Of a stretch of DNA of 64,000 nucleotides, positions 54,395 to 64,000 are shown piece after piece. Numbering within the stretch: position 1 is the first letter of the stretch; every line of letters starts with the position of its first letter. The translations under genes and the position numbers were made by a program. The DNA comes from the human T2T-CHM13v2.0 reference genome, Homo sapiens. The DNA lies in assembly GCF_009914755.1 (NCBI RefSeq), contig NC_060935.1; one strand, written 5' to 3'. Below the pieces are notes generated by a model that searched no databases, was not told the origin of the DNA, and saw only the letters and a program-made list of their open reading frames with translations.

Positions 54395-54555
54395 GGACAG
54401 AGACACAGAGACAGGGAAACAGACAGAGACAGAGAAAGAGAAACAGTGACAGAGACACAGAGAGATAGAGAAACACAGAAAGAGATACAGAGAAACAGAG
54501 AGAGATAGTGTAAGAGACACAGAGACAGAGACAGAGAGACACACACACACAGAGA
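54395..54555. repeat. GA/CA-rich low-complexity repeat ((GAGACA)n-like)
   Basis: gacagagacacagagacagggaaacagacagagacagag... Confidence 0.9.
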
Positions 54556-55834
54556 TCTCGTTGCTTGGTTCACTTTCAGCCCATTGTGTCTGCATGATGT
54601 AAACAGAGATTTCTAGTTAGTGTGTGTGACTAGCGCCAACTTCCCAAAGAGGAGAATGCCTAAAAGTACTGTTTTCCTTTATGTTCCATTTTTTCTTTTT
54701 CTTCCTTTTTTTTTTTCATAGTTTTTCATACCTTCAAGTCTGAAGAGAAGGAATTCCAGGAAAGTGTCCCCCTCAATGAGTGAGCCATTTCTGAACGGGG
54801 CCAGAATAGCCACAACTAGGATTTTCCTCTCTCTCACCCCTCTTTCTACCCCCTACCTCCCATAGATTTGATTATGAGTGAAACTTTGCTCCTACGCACA
54901 GGGAGGTCCTCTTCCATCGGGCTGGGCCCTCACTCAGAATGCAAATGCCCCAGGGCTGAAAAGCACCTTTCACCAGAAATGTCCTAGCTGGAGTCTTTTT
55001 AGCCTTGACTGACAAGAGCATCCACACATTACAGGGCAGTGCCTTCTCCCTGGCACTGCCATTTGGCTTAGCTCCAAAAACTAAAGAAATCAAGCCTCAA
55101 AGGACGCACAGTGTTGCCTTGCTGGACGGAAGCCCACACTGACCACATGAAAAGTACCATTTCTCCTGTCCAGCAGCCCACTGTGGCACTGCAGGCTGGG
55201 ACCTGACAGCAAGAGGCTGCATGTCAGAAGGAAGCAATGCAAAAAGGGTGTGGAGCTTGCAGCCTTAGCATTCACCACCATGCTGGCGGACTCCAAAGAT
55301 AAACAGCGCACCCTTTCCCAGAAGGGGTTCAGGGTTGTTGCAACATCCCCCAGCTATTTATCTCAGGTAAAAGGTGCAGCAGGTCTTCCAGTTTCCTTCT
55401 TCCAGAGTAGGTATGCTTGCTTTTATAAACTTGGTATGACTAACATGTAAACTTTACACATCTGAGCAGGGCTATCCCTTTAGGTAACTTTTCCTATGCT
55501 CCTTGGAGGAGCTGAGTTTTCATCTGTGCTAGGAAAGGTCTGATTGAAAGGGAAGAGCTTCAGTGGCCACTGCAGAAGAAAGTCCACCTTTGACAGTCTT
55601 TTTTAAAGATCAGTCAAAGCAAGAAGTGGGCAGATCAGAGAAACAGTGCAGAGACACCAGGGCCCCGGATCTCAGTGCTAAGAAATTTTACACGAGGTTT
55701 TGGGATCAACCATGGCTCACCATGCCCTGTGGTTGACAAAACACAAGCTGTAGGCATCTTAGGGTTACCAGAGCAAGAGATCTACAAAGGAGGCCAGTGA
55801 TTGTCATGGGCTTGAGTCTTAAGAAGCTTCTGGG

Positions 55835-56130
55835 GAGACATTTGTTCAAGGGTACAAAATGTCAGTTATGCAGGATGAATAAGTTCTGGAGATCTATTGT
55901 GCAGTGTGGTGACTACAGTTAATAATGGGCTGCTATATACTTGAAAATTGCTAACAAAGTAGATTTTAAATGTTCTCACCACAAAAAAAATGATAAGCAT
56001 GTGAGACAAGGGCATGCTAATTCACTCAATCTAATCATTTCACAATGTGTACATACACTAAAACATCAAGTTGTACACCATACATATATATATAATTTTA
56101 ATTTATTGATTATGCCTTAATAAAGCTGGA
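55835..56130 (+). mobile_element. L1MA9/10-like 3' end
   Basis: gggtacaaaatgtcagttatgcaggatgaataagttctggagatcta...ccttaataaagctgg. Confidence 0.8.
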
Positions 56131-57154
56131 CAGGGGAGAAGAAAAAGAAGCTTCTGTGAGGAATGGATGATCTGAGCAACCACTGTGTTATTCTCTGAAA
56201 CGGGCACATCTTGGCCTTCCAGTTCAGGTCATAAGCATAAGGAATCCAAATTCCACCTGGGTCCATGCATAAACCTAAGATCATTGAAGTCATGTATTTT
56301 AGGAGGCACCATCTATACAGAACACAATGTGATCTACTGTACAAGCAGTAAAAATATTCTTGATTTATATCATTAGAAACCAAGGCTCAGAGAATAATTT
56401 GAACAAGAACACAAGGATAAAGTAAGGGCTAGAACCTTGCTCAGTCTGCCCACTGATCTTTCTACCTGACCGTATATTCTCTTGTGGCCTGACATAAGGC
56501 TTTACATGCAGGAAGCACTCCATAAATGTAAAATGGAACTGGGGCCTTCTGGAGGCTTTCCAAATATCTAGGGCCTTCTGAAGGCCATGACTCAGCCACT
56601 GGGAAAAAGAGAGTGCAAGCAGATCTTCAGAAGAATTGGGAGTTTTTGGAACAAAGCCCAAACCAGCAAGTGAGAGACTCCAAGCTGCCCGGTTGCCCAG
56701 CTTCTCTCATCCTGGGTAGGACCACAGGCTCTCTCTGAATTGCTGACTTCTCTGAGTTCCTGAATCACCTGCAAACACTTCAAAACATTGTCTGCCCTCC
56801 TGATAGAAGAGAAACTTTGACTTTCTTTGGTTAGTTCTCAAAAGCCAAAATCTCCTAGATGTCTGTCTCTTTTCTCAATCTTTGCCTGGGATTTGTGGCT
56901 ATAATTTCTATGGTCACCATAAGAAAACTTTTTATTTTTTAATGTTACAAATTTTTGCTGTGTGCATCCTATGTGCTAGGACTAGGTTGCGTATGCCTAA
57001 AATACATGTGGCTCTTCCTGGGTCCATTTCACATAAGATAGCTGGGAACAGGGAGGGGAAGCTCTACAAACTTAAGCTATTATGGGTATTTTTATAATGT
57101 TCTTCTTTTTTTAACACTGAATGTGAAACTTAAGAAAAATAAAATAGTTAATTA

Positions 57155-57476
<322 letters not shown>

Positions 57477-58544
57477 GAGAGGAGGCCAACATGGCCAAAG
57501 AGCAGTGGGAAATGCAGTACCGGCTTAGGCTGAAGAGGTGGACAGTGGCCACCGGTGCAAGGGCTACTCTAAGTTACCATAAAACGGGTGGGTTTCATTA
57601 GATTTTAATTCTACACGTAAAAGTAAGATCTCAAAAACTAAAATTAAAAAGAGAGCTAAATCCTTATCTTCCATAGTGGGAAGTAAACATATAACATCTA
57701 AACCAAAAAAATAGGAAGTAACATTATAAACGTTATTTAGAGATAAGTACATTTCTAAAGAATTAAACAGGTTTAAAGTGGTCCCTCCAGGGAAAGGGAA
57801 ATGGGGGTGTTCCTTCTACCCCCAGGTATTCTCTTACCTTATCCTCTTTTTTCCCCTCAGAGCACCTAACTATCTGAAATCACATTGTCTACCTCACTCC
57901 CTTGTGCCTGAAGTGAGAACAAGCTCATGAAGAAGAAACGTTTATTTTCTCCCCTTTAGGATTTCTTCCAGCCTAGCTCCTCCTACACCATAACTTGGAG
58001 TTTCTGTCTGTCTCCGCCATGGAGCTATGCACTCCAGGAGAGAAGAGGCTGTGTTACAGTCATTTCTGTATCCATTGTGCCTAGCACGAAGTCCAGCAAA
58101 TAGCAAACCTCAATTTATTGAATCAGGTTAAATTGCATTGAATTGAATTCCTTTCTGGGTCCCAGGCTACAAGAATCAGTAGCTCTGCTAATGTGTAGCC
58201 TTTTAGCCTCACTGCAATGTGCTTTATTTCAATTACTAACTCCTACTTAGCAGGCAATTTTATAAACACACCTCAACAAGAGAAAGGTCAATTGTTTCCC
58301 CTTTGACTACACAGCGCATGTAAAGTTTGGAAAGCCGCAGAGGTATCATTTAGTAGAACAAAGGCATACACAAATAATCTGATTTTTAACTACTAATTAT
58401 ATAAATAACAATCTCCTTTCTCCCTGGGTATAACTGGGCGTTGGGTCTTTAGTGCCTGTGTAAGTGCTACCCTTCCTGCTACAGAGGCTGAGAACTTGGT
58501 AGGGAAAGAACCCAGGAATGAATGAATTAGAGTTCTTACATCCT

Positions 58545-58750
58545 AATAATGTTAACAATTACCAACAGTTACAAAGTACTTTATGGTTTGCAAAGTACTT
58601 TTCATACGCATCATCTTGTTTAATTTCTACATTTACCCTGTGAGGGTAGAGCATCATTCCCATTTTATATACGAGGACACTATAAGTTCAGAGGTGAAAT
58701 TAAATGGGCAGAGGCAGGGATTAGGCCAGATCATCTAACTCCAGAAGAAA
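58545..58750 (-). mobile_element. MIR
   Basis: taatttctacatttaccctgtgagggtag...cccattttatatacgaggacact. Confidence 0.65.
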
Positions 58751-59136
58751 TTCGTGTTCCCCTACCTCATTACTCGCTGGGGAGGAGGGAAGCAGAGAGA
58801 TGCTCAAAGATTCATGGGAGCTCATGGTCAAAACGAACCTGGTAAACTTATGAAGGATGCTGTTGAAGTGACCTACCTAAGTAATGAGCAAATGCATCAA
58901 CCATGGCCCCTGTTAGCCTTTGAGCATATCCTCCAAATAACCTACATCAAGCCTCAGGCATCTTACGTGTATGGAATAGAGGGCAAGACAAGGAACAGCT
59001 AAAGACTAACCTCATGTAGAGCTTAATATCTGCCAGGACTTGTTCTGAGAATGTTACAAATATTAGCTCATTTAATTATCATAACAACCATAATTTTATA
59101 GTAAAACATAAAGAGGGAATAAAAGTAATAGCTAGA

Positions 59137-59443
<307 letters not shown>

Positions 59444-59459
59444 AATAGCTAGAACACTG

Positions 59460-59568
59460 GTCAATAGGCTGCAGCCAGTGAACCAAACTGGCCCACTGCC
59501 TGTTTTTGAAAATAAAGTTTTATTGGAACACAGCTGCAAACATTCATTTACATATTGTCTATGGCTGC
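59460..59568. mobile_element. MER58A half element
   Basis: ggcccactgcctgtttttgaaaataaagttttattggaacacagc...catttacatattgtctatggctgc. Confidence 0.8.
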
Positions 59569-59569
59569 A

Positions 59570-59697
59570 TGTATTTTTTAGTAGAGATGGGGTTTCACCA
59601 TGTTAGCCAGGATGATCTCGATCTCCTGACCTCGTGATTGACCTGCCTCGGCCTCCCAAAGTGCTGGGATTACAGGTGTGAGCCACCGCGCCCAGCC
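59570..59697 (-). mobile_element. Alu left arm only (AluY/Sc-like)
   Basis: tgtattttttagtagag...ttagccaggatgatctcgatctcctgacctcgtga...gcgcccagcc; no right arm or tail. Confidence 0.88.
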
Positions 59698-61295
59698 AAA
59701 TCAATTGTATTTCTGTATACTTGCAATGAACACGTGGACACAAAAGTACTGTACTATTTATAATTGCTATAAAAGCAGGTATAAATCTAAGAAACACGTA
59801 CAAGACTGGTATGCAGGAAACTACACAACACTCATGAAATCAAAGAAGAGAGAGAAAAACTGTAACACTGGCAAAGTGATAGACACATAGATAAATGAAA
59901 CAGAATAGAGAATCCAGAAATAGACTCACACAAATATGCCCAACTGATTTTTACAAAGGTACAAAAGCAATTCAATGGAGAAAAGACAGGCTTTTCAACA
60001 AATGGTGCTGTGGAGAAACTGAACACCCATACATACAAAAAAACTAAAACTAAAACTGAAATGTCACATCTTATACAAAAATCAACTCCAAATGAATCAT
60101 GGACTTAAATGTCAAATGTTCAATTACAAAACTATTAGAAAAAAATAGGAGAAAATCTACAGGATCTAAGGCTAAACAAAGGGTTCTCAAACTTGACACC
60201 AAAAGCACAAGCCATAAAGGAAAAACTGATAAATTCATTAAAATTATGAGCTTTTGTTCTGTGAAAGATCCTGTGGAGAGGACGAAAAGACAAGCTATAG
60301 ACTAGGAAAAAATATTTGCTAACTACTTACCTGACAAAGGACTAGTATCTAGAACATATTTTTTAAACTTTCAAAATTAAACAGTAAAAACAAATCCAGT
60401 TGGAAAATGAGCAAAAGACATAAACAGACATTTCACTGAAGAGGACATAGAGATGGTAAATAAGCACATGAAAGGATATTCAACATCATTAGCCATTAAT
60501 GGCATGCAAATTAAAACCATAAAGAGATATCACTGCATACCCATCAGAATGACTAACGGAAAAAATAGTGACAACACCAAACGTAGGCAAGGATGCAGAG
60601 AAACCAGATCATTCACACATTGCTTTTGGGAATGCAAACTGGTATAGCCACTCTGGAAAACAGCCACTTTCATTAAAAAACAACTAAATATCCAACTACC
60701 ATATGACCCATCAATTGCATTCCTGGACATTTGTCCCAGAGAAAGAAAGCTTATATTCACTCAAAAGTCTGCATATAAATATTTATAGCAGCTTTATTTG
60801 TAATTGCCAAAAACTGGATGTCCAGATGTCCTTCAGCGGGCGAAAGGTTAAACTATATCCATACCACAGAAGATTACTCAGCAATAAAAAGAAACAATTA
60901 ATCCACACAACCTGAATGAATCTCTAGAGAATTATGCTGGGAGAAAAAAGCCAATCTCAAAAGGCTAGACACATTGTGCAATTACACTTATGTAAAATTC
61001 TGGAAGTGACAGAATTACAGACATAGAGGACATATTAGTGATTGCCAAGGAGGGCATGCGGGCAGATGGGAAGGGGACGTGACTACAAAAAGGCAACATG
61101 AGAGATCCTTGTGGTGATGGAAACGTTCTGTATCTTTCATTTGAATATTAATATCCTGCTTGTGACATTATACTGTGGTTTTCAAAATGTCACCACTGGC
61201 GGGAACTGGGTAGAGGGTACATGGAATCCTTCTGTAATGTTTCTTACAACTGCATGTGAATCTATAATAATCTCAAAATTAAAAGTTTAATAAAA
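59698..61295 (+). mobile_element. Old L1 (L1MD/MC-like) ORF2 3' part and 3'UTR
   Basis: ORF 60453-60647 MVNKHMKGYSTSLAINGMQIKTIKRYHCIPIRM; 3' end cttacaactgcatgtgaatctataataatctcaaaattaaaag. Confidence 0.85.
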
Positions 61296-61559
61296 TTTTG
61301 ATATCTTTCATTTAGGACTTCATAGGCAAATTAAGAATAAGCCCTTATAATTGTATGATCTTTACAGTCTTAAAGGATGTTTCACATTCATCATTTTGCA
61401 GAACAACTGACTCATTCATTCATTCATGAATCATTTAAACAAATTCAGGCAATTACTAAAAATGTATTATTAAATTATTTAAAAATTATCAAGCATAGTG
61501 CTTAGGCTCAGATTACAGTTATAAACTCTCTAATTCTTTATCTCAAGCTGCTCACAGTC

Positions 61560-61975
61560 TTTTTATCCTCACTAACTACCTGAGGTGAGTAGAGTGGGTA
61601 TTATCATTTTTGTTTTGTAACTGAAGAAACTGAGAACCAAAAGGTATGTGACTTGTCCAAAGTCACACAGCTACTTCACCATGAGGCTAGCAGTAGAACT
61701 GGAGTCTTCTCCCTGTCTTATATTCTCTCCATTTCACCCGTGTTCAAGCAAAATGGTAAAGAATACAGGCTTTGGAGTTCAGATAGGCTCAGTTCCATAA
61801 TTTATTAGCTGTTTGCCCTTGGGTAAGCACATCAATGGCTCTAGGCATCAGTTTCTTCTTCTGTAGAATAGAAATGATGGTTCCCACCTTACAGAATTCT
61901 ACAAGATTTCAATATGTTAATACAGGCATTATGCTTAAAATAGCACCCAACACGTAATAACAGCTAAAAAAAATG
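61560..61975. mobile_element. Two MIRs in opposite orientation (~61560-61715 minus, ~61745-61975 plus)
   Basis: gaagaaactgagaacc...gtgacttgtccaaagtcacacagct and gaatacaggctttggagttcaga...tcagtttcttcttctgtagaatag. Confidence 0.7.
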
Positions 61976-63129
61976 CACCTGACATTAGATATTGCCCTTA
62001 CACCAAATAAGTAACACAATGGGAACTATAATAATCTAGAATTAATAGCTCATACAAATACATGGCATGTCTTCTGTAAGTCTTCCAACTGTCATTAAAC
62101 ATCAGCTAATATCCATACATTGCTATAAGGCAAATGGGTAGAAATATTTAAGGTTTCCGTTTGAGAGAATAGAGAAGTAACATGTGTGGTAGGGCATTAA
62201 AATGTCTCAAAGACAGTATTGAGACTGAAGTTAAAAGCCCCTTTTGTTCATGATTATTTTTAAGGAAATTTAAACACAAAGCCCATTTTAAACCATCTCA
62301 TATTGGCCACAAAGAGAAGCTGGGGTGTCCATTCCTCGTTTGTACCTTGTAATTCTGTACCTTGTAATTCTTTAACTGGTGACCATATGTCAGGATGTGC
62401 ATGTGTTTTATGCAGCCAGATGGGTGAGACATAAAGACCGTAATCAGTTCCCTCCCATAACAATACCCTATTTTTTTTTACCGTCCAACAATCACGGATT
62501 AATTATGAGCCTCGTCTCCCCAACAGGTGGTGCCTGTGATCCCATGACCATATCAGATCCATCTTCGAAATCAAGCAGGTAAATGGTCTATCCAGAATTT
62601 CTAGTATAAGTGTTCATCAGCTGTATATGCAAGCAGGTAGGGCAGGTGCGGTCATTAATTTACCAGACTGTTCTTTGACTTGGTATTTCAGTGTCTGGCG
62701 TCTGTTGACAGAGTTGACAAGGCAGTTCTAAGCAGCCCCATTATGGATGTCAACTTAAATCAGGCCATACTAGGTCTAACATTCAAAGATTTGCCTAACC
62801 ATTTCCAAGTGGGACACTGACATGATCCCTTCTCTCCTCACTACCTTCTTGCAGGCACCTGGCACTCACCAGTTTCCCTGGTGGCTTATGTCGGGGATGC
62901 ATAAAATAGTTCCAATTTCAAACATTCTCTTGGTCAATCACACAAACTACCAGAGCCATTGAAGCACGTACCTTTCAGCCTGTCTCTTGTATCTCTAAAT
63001 GGCACAAAAATTCTTTTTCAAACTATGTGTTCTAAGATTCAGAATATAAAGTCACCATAGTTTAAGGCCCACAGACTAGAAATAGTTGAGGTTAGATGTA
63101 AAAGGAAAGCAAGTTATTTTTCAGCCATG

Positions 63130-63400
63130 ACACTGCTGAAAAGTCATGTAGGATGCTGCACAACCAAGGAAAAGCTCATATGCAATGGCTTAACTTATGA
63201 GCTAAACTAACTGCATTCTTCATGGAAAACGACTTTTACCTGAAGGACTGACAGTCATTCGGACCTCTGTATTTGACACACATTTTCTTGAAAATGAATT
63301 AAGTGAGCCTCTCACTTCAAGGAAAACAAATGACTTATTTATTTGTCAATATCAAAAGTTGATCTGTCAAGAATTAGAATTTTGGAAAGCTTTCATCAAC
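63130..63400. mobile_element. Charlie1-like hAT fragment
   Basis: cattttcttgaaaatgaattaagtgagcctctcacttcaaggaaaacaaatgac...attagaattttggaaa. Confidence 0.7.
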
Positions 63401-63409
63401 AGCTATGTG

Positions 63410-63720
63410 ACTTATACAAATATGATAGATGAACATTGGGACCTATGAGTTTGAATGAGATCCCCAAGCAGATAGAAAAGAAGAGGGTTGTGAAAGCGTC
63501 CTAGAGGATGGAGAGGGAAAAGAAAAAGCAGAAAGAGATTAAAGATGAGCAGTCAGGGAAGTAGAAGAAGAACCAAAATAGAGTCATGGAAGGCAAGAGA
63601 GGAAAGAAATCAATAACACCAAAGGCTGCAGAGAGCAACCACCATTTGTCTACACAGAGGACTTGGCCAACAGAGCCTGAAAGGCAGTAAATGCTGGGTT
63701 CTGTTTTTGAGAAATGCTGA
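63410..63720 (-). mobile_element. L2 remnant
   Basis: ggaagtagaagaagaaccaaaatagagtcatggaaggcaagagagg. Confidence 0.55.
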
Positions 63721-64000
63721 GACATCTGGCTGGTAGGCCCAAAAGGGATGTGAGACGGTGGCCTGTTGAAGAAGCAGGAGCATGGGAGACCCAGCTTGCT
63801 TGTTGGTCTTTGTGGATGATAGCTCAGGCAAGATCCAGAACTGAGATCAGACTTCAGATCTTCTTGTTTCCGGCCCAGGACTCGATTCTTATTGCGTTTC
63901 AGAGCTGTGTCTCTTGCTTCTAATATTTGAAACAGATGTTGTGAAATCTATAATTTCCAGCTTTGAAATGAATTAATATGTTAACCTCCTACTTCTCAGA

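Overview
Human (AluYa5-bearing) intergenic or intronic DNA with no supportable protein-coding gene. Roughly half is interspersed repeat (Alu, L1, L2, MIR, MaLR/ERV LTRs, hAT and Tc1/mariner DNA transposons), plus a 5'-truncated AKR1A1 retrocopy (~38.9-39.5 kb). The unusual part is 11.5-22.3 kb. (i) A TA-flanked composite at 13297-15350 consists of a lone 26-bp Tigger3 left end, about 800 bp of host DNA and a full-length Tigger3b. The host DNA is an inverted copy of 21710-22282, which itself abuts a truncated Tigger3b. This looks like Pack-type capture and duplication of a putative regulatory element by a primate DNA transposon, and the core of the two copies is still about 93-94% identical by hand count. 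(ii) Two sister HSMAR2 mariners in inverted orientation share the same frameshift. Repeat subfamily names come from recalled consensus sequences, boundaries of old repeats are approximate, and nothing was run computationally.
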